From Lingula anatina (lineage: Eukaryota > Animalia > Brachiopoda), in the NCBI GenBank assembly GCA_051362555.1, contig CM120642.1:2790001-2854000 (forward strand): 64,000 nucleotides of DNA, given 5' to 3'. The notes under the pieces are model-generated. The model did not search any database. It was not told the origin of the DNA and worked only from the letters and a program-made list of their open reading frames with translations. Shown in pieces: positions 51,299 to 64,000 of the stretch. Position 1 is the first letter of the stretch; each line of letters starts with the position of its first letter. A program made the position numbers and the translations under genes.

Positions 51299-52702
51299 GG
51301 GGGGGGGGTGATCGAATGACCTACCCTTTTGGTTGGGAAATGGTTCCCTGTAAATTAAATTTTGATCTAGGTTTTATGCTAGCAGTAGGTTTTAAGCACA
51401 TGTAGATCGCGGTAAAAAATGCAACATTTTCAGAAAAAGCTTTCCCCCACTAAAACTGCAGGTCTATGTTAAAGTTCTAATTTGCAAGAATACATAAAGA
51501 CATGGAGCCCATACAGGTTAGAGATAATAGGAGGGAAGGTAGAGTACACAAATACAACAAAGCAATCATCTGAAATCAAGAATTTTAAAAGTGGGGGAAA
51601 CAGATAATGATTAGTTGATTGAAATGGGATGACTCATCAATTTGAATTTATTAGTAAGTGGCCTAGGAATATGTTATTAATGTCACATGGAATCAAAAGC
51701 TTAAAATCACACAGGGTTTTTGTTCAAAACAATTCACCGAGGCAGAAAGGTCAAGGTCATTAAACGGCACAACTACTTACTCACGCTCAGCTTATTATTT
51801 TTAGTTACATAATCTTCGTCAAGAAAAATAAAGATGACAGTTGTTACAATTATATCAAGAATAGAGCAAGTCTGTCATATCTCTTGCACAAAAAACAAAA
51901 GCAAAACAAGGCAGCAAAGCTGCCAAATGTACAGACAAAAAGCAGAAAACAATAGTGCACAAAATAGGATACTGTCAGTTATATGATGCAATAATGTATT
52001 ATGCTTAACTGCATAGTCAACATCAAATTTTAACAATGCACAACAGGTAATACTGATGAAAGTAAAAGCATAAGGCTTCAGACCCAGGACAGTTCAAGTT
52101 CACACTTAGAAAATGCCAGAAAGAGAAAAATGAAAATTTTACAAAAGATGTAAAATTAGATGTAAAAATTCAATAAAAAAATGAAAATCCAATAGAGCGG
52201 GTTTTCTAATTTGAACTATCAATCCACTTATCATGTTATTGGTGAAAGTGCACAGCGACGGTGGCCATGACGATGATGAAAGATGCAGGTGATGGCCATA
52301 TGTTCAGACATATCTGTGTCTGTACATAATAAGTGACTTATCAGTTGCAAAAATGTTTAGATCAACATAAGTCTATACTACTACTAGTTTAGTAGTTATA
52401 TCTATTATTTCCTTCTATTAGTTAGTATAATTATTTTTCTAAACTAGCACTTTACACTGCACACCTTGGACCTGCCAGACAATGATAAATTAGGAATAGG
52501 TTTAACTGTTAAATTCCAGGCATGTACCTAAAATTTTCCTTCCTTTGGTGACAAACTTATTTTGAAAAAAGTTTTTTTTTTTCAAATTAAACTCAATAAC
52601 ACAAGATCATTTCAGGGCCAATCACATTTACCTTTCAGAGTTCTAATCAAATAAAAATGGAGGGGAAATTTTCACAATGAACGAGACTGGAACTGCCTGT
52701 AC

Positions 52703-52807
52703 CTTTACTTTGGTCCACATTTCCTTTCTCGGGGTCATCGGTGGCATTGCCCTGTGTGTTGATACTGGTGGAAGACCTGGTGTGCTGCAGCTCCAACGCT
52801 AGAGTGC
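52703..52807 (-). CDS. slo-2: KCNT exon, RCK1-RCK2 linker (GTLALELQHTRSSTSINTQGNATDDPEKGNVDQSK)
   Basis: 105 bp, phase 1-1, tcacag / G|gtacag; matches GTVAMDLQ. Confidence 0.88.
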
Positions 52808-53226
52808 CTGTGACAATTTTATAAGTATGAATTAGTATATGTTCCTAGAAAATCTTTAAAGGTATATTTTCTTTTTGAAAATATCCCAAAGTCACATTTT
52901 CTACTTCTACATATCCTGCAAAGCTTTTAGAAAGGCAAGTTATATATAATCTTCCTAAAAAGCACAGGCAACCATTTATAATATTCCAGGAATCTCAGAA
53001 ATATTATTTACAAATAAAAGCGTTAATGACTTTTTAGTTCTTTGTTCAAGTATAATACCACAATTCTGGCAACATTAGTGAACGTCTCCTCAGTGATATT
53101 TCTTTTTTTTTTTTAATCTACTTACTATTTTACTTACCTATATCATCTTACAGTGTAGTACTACAACACTTGCAAGTTCCAATTTTATTTTGTATCTCAA
53201 AAATCCCTCGTCCTATATCAGCTTAC

Positions 53227-53462
53227 CTACTTGTGCTACAATACTAGCCACCTTGGTGGCCTGTCCACTCAGGGGAATTAACCTGGTAGTGGACCTTGGA
53301 CCTTTATCACTAATGGCAAGAATGAAAGCCGAGTTCTCCTCCTTGGTCAGGCTCATGTAGAAGCAGGTGTCCGTTGCTTTCATGATGTGCCGCGGCCCTG
53401 GATTCAGGAGGATTTTGGACCCTGGCAGGTTTTGCTGCACTGCCACCAAGCTCACACCAAAC
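53227..53462 (-). CDS. slo-2: KCNT exon, end of RCK1 (FGVSLVAV...[29 protein letters not shown]...VASIVAQV)
   Basis: 236 bp, ctccag / G|gtaagc. Confidence 0.97.
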
Positions 53463-53779
53463 CTGGAGAGAATAGTTAAAGAACAGCATGTTTTCATGAA
53501 AGCCAGTTCCATTGGTAAGGGGAGGTTGGGGTTGAGGGGGTCCAAAAAACTGCTCTTCTAGTTGAAAAAATTACTTTGTAGCAAACATTGATATGGTTTC
53601 TTTGCTATTTCTCTATATGGATCATTTAAGGGGTTAAAAAGGAGTAAAAAGTTTTTCAGAAAAAGAACCCCCGCTATTACTAGCTACAGGCCTGCAACCA
53701 AATTTTGTTCTCATAATCAGATCAAAATTTTTCTTTTGCCACAAACTTAGTTTGTAAGGATGAGTTTGAAGTAACTTAC

Positions 53780-53929
53780 TTCCTGTGAGCATGAAAAGAT
53801 GCATAAGTGAAACTCTTCCCATCGTATTCTCCAAAGAATCTGCTGTCTGATAGGCGTATGTGATAAATCTCGTTTCCAGAACATCTTCCATATATCCTCT
53901 GCCACTCCTCCTGGGACGCCTGCCCCTCT
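53780..53929 (-). CDS. slo-2: KCNT exon, RCK1 ([24 protein letters not shown]...[13 protein letters not shown])
   Basis: 150 bp, phase 2-2, ttccag / gtaagt. The real frame differs from both ORFs the track lists here. Confidence 0.97.
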
Positions 53930-54208
53930 CTGGAAATAAACATGTCTCCAGATACAACATGCAGGATAAATACTCATCCATAGAGTGATCTTTGCATTGA
54001 AAAAGGGAAATCTGTCATTTAATTAGTACATACTATCACAATGAAAAGCAAAACCTGTCACATAAAAGAAGCAAAATTTCTAAAAAGATATATACACTGC
54101 AGTTTACGTTCAGTATGAAAACGGATGCTTTATCTGAGTTTTAAAAAAATGTAAGAAATTAAATCTTCCAAGCAAAATGTGCACATCTTGGTTACAACTG
54201 CTACTCAC

Positions 54209-54317
54209 TGCCCCCTGGAGGTGTGTAACAGCAGGGTGACTAGAGTGGAGATGGCCGGGGAGAGACAGTTGTTGGCCAGGAGAGCATGCTTGAATTCATC
54301 CTCACAGACCACATGTT
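54209..54317 (-). CDS. slo-2: KCNT exon, RCK1 ([35 protein letters not shown])
   Basis: 109 bp, tttcag / CA|gtgagt. Confidence 0.97.
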
Positions 54318-54699
54318 CTGAAAAATAAAACACATTTATCATTATGATAATTCAATGTCACAGAAACACTGCTCTGGATGCCATTGTTTATACAAATAAC
54401 ACAACAAATATTGCATTCAAATATTTAGAATCCAGTTGTAATGCTTGTTCTGTGTGAGACAGAATGAAAGTCAACTACTTTATTTACTCTTCAAATAGTG
54501 ATAAGAATATTTCTTTTCAGTAGACTTAAAAGTCTACTTAATGCACTTTTCCAAGAAACAAGATCAACAGCTACATTCAAAACACATAATGCTTATCTCC
54601 ATAATATCAGATCTCTGATCTGTGTGGCATTTCCAGGCCACCTTACTTGTAAATATAACATGCAAACATGCACTGTGTGGCATTTTCAGGCCACCTTAC

Positions 54700-54808
54700 C
54701 TGCAAATTTCACATGCAGCTTGTTTTCTGGTCTGAAGATCTGCACATACTGAGGACAGTTAGGGGCAAAGTCCTTCACAGCCCAGGAGCGCAGGATGGTG
54801 TGCTGGTC
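54700..54808 (-). CDS. slo-2: KCNT exon, RCK1 ([36 protein letters not shown])
   Basis: 109 bp, cctcag / G|gtaagg. Confidence 0.97.
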
Positions 54809-55217
54809 CTGAGGAGTAAAAGAATACTGTAATTATTCAAAATTTTCAAATGCCTCAATTTTCTTAAAGTGTAACCCATGTGAAATTCTCAGAAACTCAC
54901 AAAAATGTAATTTTTGACAAAAAGCTATATTTCATTTTCAAAAGTTTTATATTTATACCCATAAGGATATTTTTGGTATATATATATACCACAATGATCC
55001 AATTTGAAATGATAAAAAACATTTACTGCAATTTTTCTAAAAATATTATTTCTAAACTGAATACTATTAAACATGCAAAATACTGCAAGTCTCATAAAAC
55101 ACAATTACAGAAAGCTGGAAAATTTTCAAATGATTCATATTCCCAATATATGCCTTTTGCATCTACTGCCACCTCCATTAAGCTTATATATGTAATAATA
55201 CTTGTCATCATACATAC

Positions 55218-55281
55218 AGATGCATTTCTGTCTGCATAGCTGCGCTCAGCCAAGATAAAACAGGCTTCAGCATCCTGCATC
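55218..55281 (-). CDS. slo-2: KCNT exon, RCK1 (MQDAEACFILAERSYADRNAS)
   Basis: 64 bp, ttttag / gtatgt; EACFIL motif. Confidence 0.94.
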
Positions 55282-55880
55282 CTAAAACATGCAGAGATAT
55301 ATGAAAACATACAAAAGGAAAAATGTTTATCAATGAAGCTACTTGATATCTCTAGGTATTCTGACTGAAACAAAGACAGTAACAAACATTTGCACACATT
55401 CTTTTATCTATAAACAATTGCAAACATGCTACTGTATAAATCTTCATGCTGTCATAAATCCATGCTCTCTTGTGATACTTTTTCTAACTAATTATCGGCT
55501 ATCTGTTGCTTACAGCTATATCATTTATCCATTAGTTTTAGATAATATTTGCCTGGCACATGGAGCACTCATTTATCAACAGCCATTTGTACTTAGCTAA
55601 TTGCAAATTTCAACCTCAAGTATTGTTATGCAATAAAACACTTTGTTATAGAGAAAATTTTACGGTCTTTGGGAGGAGACGAAAAAAAACAAAAAAACAA
55701 TGACATGACAGTAGAAAACAACCCTAGAACTAATTATCTTCTGCCTACACATTTTGTGTTGTAAAAAAAGTAGGAAGAATGGCTGAATATCCTAACAACC
55801 AGAGAGCTCAAGTCAGAAAACTGCTAAGAAAAACTGGAGTTTCTGATTCAAATCAGGAAAAAAATCACGTCTGTGTTTAC

Positions 55881-56017
55881 CTGCATCTGGAAAGGTCGAC
55901 ATCCTTCAGCGCTGAGCCCCTGATGTAGATGACCCTCTGTGTCCAGATAGGAACTTGAAGGATGGCCTTGAGATTGGGGTCAAGTTCACACGGGCTCAGC
56001 AAGACAACATAGTAATC
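55881..56017 (-). CDS. slo-2: KCNT exon, RCK1 (DYYVVLLSPCELD...RVIYIRGSALKDVDLSRC)
   Basis: 137 bp, cctcag / AG|gtaaac. Confidence 0.96.
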
Positions 56018-56440
56018 CTGAGGTGAGGGACAGACTTTGTGTCATGTTTTACAGATTAAATAGTTTGGGATGCAGATTACGGAATTAATGCACAATAAAT
56101 AAATAAATAGATAGATAGATAGATATTTGACAAAAATATCTGATAGATAGATATTTGATTAAAAATATCTGAAGTCACTGAGTAAAATTACAGTTCTATT
56201 TCTTATCAACAGAAATTAATTAATTTCCTTTATTCCTCTCTACATATTAAAATTATAAATCAAATACTTTTCTAAAATGTATTTACTAATTTATTTTCAT
56301 CATACACAGAGCGCTCAAAAGGCAGCAAAACAATTGATTTAAAAATGTTCAAAATACCTGTTTGTGCTATTCTCTAATTTATTTATTACTGATCTAATAT
56401 ACCCATGTTTCAGTGAAGCCTTGTAAGAGATTCAGTTTAC

Positions 56441-56605
56441 CTGAAGCAGAGGGTGGGCATAAAACTCATTGAGAAAGTCCATGATAGTGTCAGTATGCAG
56501 TGCTGTGGCACAAACAACAACATGGAGCTCATTCTGAGCACGTCTGCTGCTGTATGTGACTCCTTGCTTCTGACGCTCTATCCAAGTGAATGCCAGCTGC
56601 TGCAT
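56441..56605 (-). CDS. slo-2: KCNT exon, S6-RCK1 linker and start of RCK1 (MQQLAFTWIERQKQG...DFLNEFYAHPLLQ)
   Basis: 165 bp, phase 0-0, ttccag / gtaaac. Confidence 0.96.
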
Positions 56606-56829
56606 CTGGAAAACAATCAGGTATAGCAGGGAATGTGAATAAATGATGAGAAACTCATCTTTTCTTTAAGTTTTCATAACCCCTCTTCCACTCCCAACCC
56701 ACCCCAGCACCTTCTGTACTCACTTTTGAATATTTTATACAAAACTGAATATTTCTCTGTTTTTTTTTTTTTTTTTTGTTTTTTTTTTTGGCACATTCTT
56801 ATGTTCTAATGATCAAGAAAACAGCTCTA

Positions 56830-56891
56830 GAACTGTAAATTGACCAAAAATCTTGAAATGGAACTGTAAATTGACCAAATATCTTGAAATG
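56830..56891. repeat. 31-bp tandem duplication
   Basis: gaactgtaaattgaccaaa.atcttgaaatg x2. Confidence 0.85.
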
Positions 56892-57364
56892 AGTTACAAA
56901 CTTATAAGATAAAATGTATTGCAATATTACAGTGATGGCCACAAAAAAGCAGACCATCTTAGGGCTAATTCTGAATGAAACTACCTTCCTATATAGATCC
57001 ATTCAACTCCGCGGGGCTCTCACTGAATGCACTCTGGTTAAAAGATTTACAAGTCTCCTTGTTTCCAAAGCTCTCATATAAACACCAAGTTTTCTATATT
57101 CTCTTCAACAACATGAGGAGGTATGCTAATCTGTTCGTCTGATTACAATCGCCAAGAGTTGAATCAATCAACATAGAAGTTAGAAGTAGTTTCATTGTGA
57201 ATGAGCACTTATGAGGGTCAAGACCAGTCCCCATTGAAAAAGTAGAAAAATTGGCTGGGGTCTAGGGTACACCATTCACAAGAATGAACCAAATGACCCT
57301 GAAAAAGTCGAAATTCCAACAAAAGTAAAAAAAAGTCTCATCAGTGACTTCTATAGTGACCTAC

Positions 57365-57548
57365 CTGTATAGGCAAGACCACAAATGACAGGCCCACCAT
57401 GAGGATCATGAACAGCTGACTGGGCCAGATATCTGGAGTGATGTCTCCAAATCCTACTGTGGAGAACGTAACCACCACAAACCAGAGCGAGTCAAACAAA
57501 TCAAGATGGCGGTTCCCTGCTCGCTGAAGGTGCTGAATACCACACATG
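57365..57548 (-). CDS. slo-2: KCNT exon, pore helix, selectivity filter TVGFGD and S6
   Basis: [11 protein letters not shown]...[19 protein letters not shown]...VLPIQ; 184 bp, ttcag / CAG|gtaggt. Confidence 0.98.
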
Positions 57549-57996
57549 CTGAAGAATGAAAATGGACAAGTTGATAAATTGTCATTATCTACAAACTACA
57601 GGCACATATATATATGCACATTGATGGTGAAAGCCAATAATATGGATTAAATATTTTAAATGACTCATCTTAATAAAATATTGCTTTTAAAACAAACAAA
57701 GACTTTACGATTTTGTTAAGTAAACAACTGAAGTCAAATCAAAAATATGTTGAATAAGATGTACTGAGTGCAAATCTCATACAAAACGCAAATTATTAAA
57801 AATATACTTTCAACTGATCATAATCACACCATTTTATCAATAAGAAAATCTAAATAAAAATTCATCAAGTTTAAGACTATAAAAAAAGATGATTACAAAC
57901 ATTTTGATAAAAATTATGAAAGAAGAAAAATAAAATTACATATACACAGAAGTTCCCACTGTGTTATATAAATGGATGAAAAGAATATATCTATAC

Positions 57997-58091
57997 CTTG
58001 TAAATACCAAACAAGCAAAAGTCACACACAGAATCATCATCCTTTGAGACAGAGCGGAATGAGACTTTTGCATCACTAGGTGAAGGTCACC
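57997..58091 (-). CDS. slo-2: KCNT exon, S4-S5 linker and S5 (GDLHLVMQKSHSALSQRMMILCVTFACLVFT)
   Basis: 95 bp, ttttag / AG|gtatag; matches [31 protein letters not shown]. Confidence 0.95.
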
Positions 58092-58906
58092 CTAAAAAAA
58101 ATATTTAATTTGAAATTCATAAATCCATTCTCATTCTGGGAGCCAAAATCATTTTTGAAAAATGACACTAGTTTCTGGTTGCCAGGTCTGTTTTTGAAAA
58201 GTGACAATAATTTCTGCCTGCCAGTTTCATTTTTTGAAAAATGAACCTGGAAACCAGACACAAGTGCTCAGGTAAAATATGCTAGGGCAACAGTGCGGCT
58301 CCCTTAATTCTCTTTATGAAACCCCAATTATGGTGATGACAATGCCATCTTGCACTGCAAACCAAATGTACCAACTGTAAACTCACACCATGGCCTCAAT
58401 ACATAGATCTTGTGTAAAAGTATGTATATTTCTCAGTTCACAGTTACTGACACTCACCTTGTAGACAATATGTTAATTGACACAGAGATTGTTGAGAAAA
58501 GTAACACAGGGTCTAGCGACGAACAGACAATTTCCATTCCAAAACAAGATTATTTCATGAAAATTGAATGCCTGAAAGTTTTAAGCAACTGCCCTTTTGA
58601 CCAAAACAACCTTTTCCTTATTTTAATTATTTTCTTCTGTACAAAATTCATGGCACATTACAGTAATTTAATGTTGCTTTTAGCAATATGCAAAATCTTA
58701 ACCTATATTTACAGTGATATTAACTTGTAAATCAAATTTCATTAAATCTCCAAGGTTAAACACATGTAAATAAAAACCCAATACATATCACTTGTAAATC
58801 TCAAACTAAGTAAATTTCTTTATAATTGATACGAACTGCTACTACAGAGTTTCACCCAGCAAGCCTCATTTCCCCACAAGTTGCCCTTAACCAATCTGCC
58901 ACTTAC

Positions 58907-58990
58907 AAACATTTCTTCCAGAGCATCCTTGGCCAGCCAACAGTTCAGGAACACGGGAATAAACAACCCAGACCAGTCTGGCCAGCAAAC
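58907..58990 (-). CDS. slo-2: KCNT exon, S4 ([28 protein letters not shown])
   Basis: 84 bp, ttcag / gtaagt; [13 protein letters not shown] is the uncharged Slo2 S4 signature. Confidence 0.96.
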
Positions 58991-59083
58991 CTGAAGGATA
59001 TGGACAGGTCACTTTTAATTCCTTTTTTTTCCATCTTTTCTAGCAACCATCCAACAAAGTTGGCTTTACAAACTTCTAGTTCA

Positions 59084-59086
59084 CAA

Positions 59087-59141
<55 letters not shown>

Positions 59142-59143
59142 AT
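59084..59143. repeat. (TAAA)n microsatellite
   Basis: Read directly. Confidence 0.95.
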
Positions 59144-59277
59144 AGACATTCAAAGATTTTACAAGTGGGTTTTTATATTCCAATAGTTATACACTCTATC
59201 TGTTGTGTTGGCACCCATTTATTTAATCACAGCCAAATAATAAGAAGAAGAAGAAGAACAGCTGACTTAGAACATAC

Positions 59278-59352
59278 TGTGACAATAAAAGGAACTGTGT
59301 TGCAGATTTCCAGGAAAAATCCAACTGACAGGATCTGTTGAAGAATATTGCC
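59278..59352 (-). CDS. slo-2: KCNT exon, S3 (GNILQQILSVGFFLEICNTVPFIVT)
   Basis: 75 bp, phase 0-0, tttcag / gtatgt; matches [25 protein letters not shown]. Confidence 0.95.
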
Positions 59353-61347
59353 CTGAAACAAAAAGATAACCTTGTGAATGAAAACAATCATTTCAAAGAA
59401 TGTCCAGATGGGAAATATATGGATTGTATGTAGTTATACTGTAACACATCTATGGCAGCATAATTGTCCTAGTGTTTTATCCATGTTATAGCCCTGATAA
59501 AAAACGTGAAAGGAACCCATTAAAATAACCATAAGCAATAGTTCTTGCTATATTGTAGAGAAATAAAATTATAGGCTGGTCATTCTATATATGTGCAACA
59601 GTTTGGACAAAACATGATTTCAAAATGCTGGTGCTGTGCTCTTGTGAACTTACTAATGACTGCAAGTTAAATGTACCTCACATCAACTGACCTCTGGTTT
59701 CTTCCATCAAGGAGTTTTTACATATTAATGAATAATGCACATATTTGATCAATTTTTGTTTCTGGTATTTGTGGTTTTGTGGTTACTTGCAACAGTCAAG
59801 GTATATATACCTCTCTAAAAGGAGCTGTCAGTTTGGCCTTTCTGCAACCCCACAAAACTATTTTATTATAATTACAAGTTTGGCTGCGTCATATTTCAGT
59901 ACTCTTCGCAATCAATTGCAGACTTACATATTTATCTCATGACCACTTATTAATTCTAATTTCAGTGTGGCATTTATACATGTAAAAGTGGCCATAGCTG
60001 GCCAAACATCAATCAACCTGAATATTGTATTTGTCAATGCAAGTTACTTCATTAATGCATTTATATGCTGCACAATATGGAGGAGATATTAACAGGACTT
60101 TGACATGCAAACATGAAATTAATGAATTTTCCTGGTATCTTCAGCCATGTTTTAATTCCTTATTGACCATATCTATGAGGCATATTCTAAATGTATACAA
60201 ACTACCTTTATTTATCACAGAGTCAAATCCAAGTGACTTGTAACTTGAACTCTTATTGCCTTTTTCTTTTCACATTAAATTAAAACTTTTCAAATCATGG
60301 TCTGTACTTTCATTATTTTATACTCTCGAGATTTAAGCAGAAGCTGAGAAACTTAGAGAGCACGCTCTGTCTGATTTTTTTGACAATTAACCTGGACGGA
60401 GTTTGTCTGCACTACATTATCCCAATTTCATCAGACAATTTTTCTAACTAAAAATCAATAGGCAATCTACATTATTTATGTTCTAGCCATCATTAAAAGA
60501 GCCCTAATGGAACCCAGGAGATTTTGACATAACACAAAAAATTAACCATATAAATACCCCTGACAAAGCATGTCGCCAGCTGAAACGCTCAGATGCACCC
60601 CTAAGAGATTAAGGGCTGCCGGATGAAGATTAGAATAGATCACAGTGTATCCATCAAAGCCAAGTTATAATGCTCTAATTATCATTAGGCTTTATTCTCA
60701 TGATCTCTCTCAATACACACATTCATGAGTGGTTCTTCCTACAAAACACTGATAAAACAACTAGGTCAAGGTCATATGGACCTCAAAGCTCAGTGCTCAG
60801 CTTGCAGGGAATTGAAGCAATCAACTTTTTTTTAAATTTGCAATCAACAACTAAAACAAGGCAGTAGAAATTTGCTTGTATTCATTTACAAGAAAAGCCA
60901 GAACCAGGAAATGCAAAGGCCCCACAAAGTCCATTAAGTTTTCAGTTAAAGTGGGTTAACCTTCTCAATGCCTAGATTTCAGAAGTTTGTATGTCTGTGA
61001 TTGGTTTTTCACATGGTCTGAAGAAGCATGGGCAATGTCTTTCTTGTTATAAAACAAATCTGATAAAATTTTTCATTAAATTGGACTACTGCTGCTGCTT
61101 TAACTTGGATCAGTGTAGGCAAAATTTTGGTCTAAGAGTTTAAATCTATTTTTGGACTTTTTTCAATTCATTACAATGGGATTTTCTGCCCGGAGTGTGC
61201 TAGCTAGTCATCATCAGTAAGACCACTGAGACCAGTTTTACTAAGATAAGCCAGCCCAACTTCCAATGAAATACACCTCCAATGAGCCAATGAAATGTTA
61301 ATAGAGCAGTGGAATAATTCATGGAATTCGTGTGAGGAGAAAAATAC

Positions 61348-61456
61348 CTTGTAGCCCAGATAAGTGACAAGGGACGTCTCTGCCAGACTGATCACGGCGA
61401 CACTGACTTGGATGATCCATAAAACATTGTGTCTCTCCACCCAGATTATGTTCTGC
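61348..61456 (-). CDS. slo-2: KCNT exon, S2 (QNIIWVERHNVLWIIQVSVAVISLAETSLVTYLGYK)
   Basis: ttcag acceptor, AAG|gtattt donor; matches KCNT1 ILWVERKMTLWAIQV...YLSYK. Confidence 0.95.
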
Positions 61457-62396
61457 CTGAATAAAAAAATGGAAAGCATGATTTACAACATAGTGTATAC
61501 ATTGTATCCTTTAGATAAAAAAAAATTTAAGCTTTGAGGATAGCAGAAGCTTTGGCTCTTTTTGACTTTTTAACACTGTGAAAGTAATATTCATTTTTTC
61601 AAATGTTATATAATTTGTAAGCAAAGTTAAATTTTAACATACTTAAAAACAAGTACAGGGAAAATTCAGGGATAACATAAAAACTTCACAATCTAAATTC
61701 ATTTTAAACCACTCAAAATATGTGACAAGTCCATCAAAGACAGAATTTCTTAGAAAATAATGATATTTCATATGGCGTAGATTATTTGCAACAACAAAAG
61801 GATAATTCAGTCTATCAATAAAGAATCATAAGCTATGCACAAAGTCAACATCTCTGGGTCAACTCATGAAGATACTGCATTCATTACGAGCCTGTGCCCT
61901 TTTATCTTTCACATTCTGAAAGAGTATAGATCTTGCTATATACCCAATAATCCGTATTGACACAATCAAGTCAAATGGCAATTTTTTTTGCACTTAGATC
62001 ATAGTTTCATAAAAGTCAAAATGGAAATTTTTCTATGGAAAAGATTTCTCATGGCCTCTAGATAAGATGGCAAAACAGAGCAATTCTTGACAGAGAGATA
62101 AAGCAACGAGAGTCATGTATCTATGGACCTTGATCATGTGAATGGTGATTTTGCACCTGAATGTAGTACCTAGGAAACAGTGCGCAATGGTAAACACTAG
62201 GAACTGTGGATTATAATAGCAACTTCCTATTGTTTATCATAGCTTCCTGATTCCTAGGTCCATTGGCTGTCAAAGTCCATAGATTGTGGAGCATAATGTA
62301 GCATGTGACTTTCACACAGTAATTTAGTCTTTTAGTCATGTATCAAGACCTTTTTTCAGTGAAACAATATATAAATACAAGCAATGTGTTTCTCAC

Positions 62397-62486
62397 CATT
62401 TTATGACTGGATTTTCTCTAAACTCAATATCCGGGATCATATAGACATGTTTTGTGGCATTGGCATCACAATTACTGAGATCAATA
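62397..62486 (-). CDS. slo-2: KCNT exon, S1-S2 extracellular loop (IDLSNCDANATKHVYMIPDIEFRENPVIKW)
   Basis: ttccag acceptor, TG|gtgaga donor, 90 bp, phase 2-2. Supplies the W before QNIIWVER; contains an NAT sequon. Confidence 0.8.
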
Positions 62487-62570
62487 CTGGAATACACAAA
62501 GACATTTTAGACATGATATGTATCATACTCACTTATAATCATATATACACATTCAAGTATTTTGAGTAAG

Positions 62571-62815
62571 GTTTCATCCATTTTTATCATTGTTTTCACA
62601 AGTCCACAAACCGTACGCTGGGGGTGGGGGAGGGAGAGGGTTAATACCCTCTGTACACTTATGGAAAAATAATAAAAATAGAATAAAATGATTATCTTCA
62701 ATCCACAGGGGTATGCTGGACAAAGGTAATCATTTTTTATTTTTCACCCTGTACTCTATGGAAACAAGCCTACTCTTTGTACACTTGTAAACATGATGAT
62801 AAAAATGGATGACTC
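62571..62815. mobile_element. Degenerate palindromic MITE
   Basis: tcatccatttttatcat..tt.acaagt.cacaaa pairs with tttgtacacttgtaaacatgatgataaaaatggatga. Confidence 0.6.
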
Positions 62816-64000
62816 CTAAAGGTATACCCTCCCCAACATTTTTTTTTCAAAATAACTTGTCGCCAAGTATTGTATTTTCTAGGCACCACATAAAGCAGTC
62901 CAATTATTCTAGCAAACATTTGTACAAACTGTTACCATGAAGTTGTTAATTTTCATCTATAACAGGAGTACATTTATTTGGATTTCGAATTGCAATTAAG
63001 TCATGATGTATTATCAATACACGAGTACAATCAGACTTAAGCTAAAAACCACCTGACTAAGCAAATAATAGTGTTCAACTAAATGATCCAGTCAATTTAT
63101 CTCAGAGTTGAAATCAATACAAGTTCTGTGAAGCAGGACGGATGTTTTAGCATTAACCATTATTGAAGATAGAGCATTTCTTCTGTGGGCATTTCTAATT
63201 TTGAAGGACACGTGGCCATTACATCCGTCAATATACTTAAATATTTTCTCCCTAATTCTGAAATATAATGGCATATTTTGCGCTCTACTTAAGTGCGTAT
63301 CTCACTGATGAACTTTCCAGTTATTTTGGGCATTATTAATAACACTTCAAAAGCCATTATCAGAGAATACCACTTTATAGAAGTGAGATATTAAACTGGC
63401 TGATGGCCCTTCAATGACCTGCATGCCTACATACTCACACAGAAAACAGAATAGCCAATAATATATGCTACATTTGCCTTCAATTATTCAACTCAAGATA
63501 TGAAGGCTACCTAATGGAGATCATTTGTGGTATAAGAACACATATTTATCTGCTGCAAATTCCATACTATAATTGCTTTGCAGGCAGGCAGCGCAGATTT
63601 AGAAAGTGAAAACGGTATGGTACCAAAGCACTTTATCCCCTTTTATGTGATGTTTTCTACTAGGGGAAACTACTGCCAGAAAGGGTCTCTTGGTTGGGGA
63701 CGTATGTCCATGGTCATTTCACACAACTTATTGAAATACAGTACATGTACTTGTCTTGCAGAAAGAAAGAGAATGTGTATAGGTAATCATGATAAAAATA
63801 TACCAAACTATGAAAGACACATTGTTCTATTTCTTTAAGAATGAAAGCATGCTTAAAAGGTACACTCCATGGGATTTTCCTGACAAATTAATTTCTAGAG
63901 ATTCTCTTCACATGTTTGAAATACCTTAATTATATTCATGTCAAGTAAAGCTTCTTATATTCCCCAATTCAGATAAAATGTATCTGAAGTGTACCTTGTG

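Noticed and set aside
52231-52319. Possible extra phase-1 exon (DTDMSEH...HHRHGHRR...stop)
   Set aside because: Ends in TGA with no donor, has a weak acceptor, and resembles the low-complexity repeat at 23410-23520.
53634-53981. 115-aa and 76-aa minus-strand ORFs
   Set aside because: Off-frame readings over the real KCNT exon 53780-53929.
57440-57460. GFG rather than GYG in the selectivity filter
   Set aside because: TVGFGD occurs normally in the Slo2 family (e.g. KCNT2).
63092-63274. Possible upstream KCNT exon ending IDFNSEIN
   Set aside because: No GT donor at the required phase and no S1 similarity; exon 62397-62486 already supplies this segment.

Overview
AT-rich, CpG-poor eukaryotic genomic DNA, most likely a lophotrochozoan such as a mollusc (inferred from the Slo2 protein and the repeat types). 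One minus-strand gene spans the whole window: a Slo2/KCNT (Slack/Slick-family) potassium channel. I reconstructed 23 GT-AG exons by hand with consistent phases, from the S1-S2 loop (62486) through S2-S6, the pore (TVGFGD), RCK1 and RCK2 to 916. The N-terminus/S1 and the extreme C-terminus lie outside the window. All introns are about 0.3-3.2 kb except one of 41.5 kb (6107-47593). That intron holds a complete class A GPCR (17478-18542, single coding exon) on the SAME strand as the host, with degenerate DRY/NPxxY motifs. The GPCR exon's splice acceptor is in frame with the upstream channel donor. Other notable items: a candidate mutually exclusive exon pair in the RCK1-RCK2 linker, one member preceded by a CA repeat (STREX-like logic); a changed Na+-sensor motif; two composite Helentron/HINE-type elements carrying a ~146-bp tandem repeat, one with a fold-back; and many MITEs and microsatellites. 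Most other ORFs in the track are spurious. No rRNA, tRNA or CRISPR is supported.
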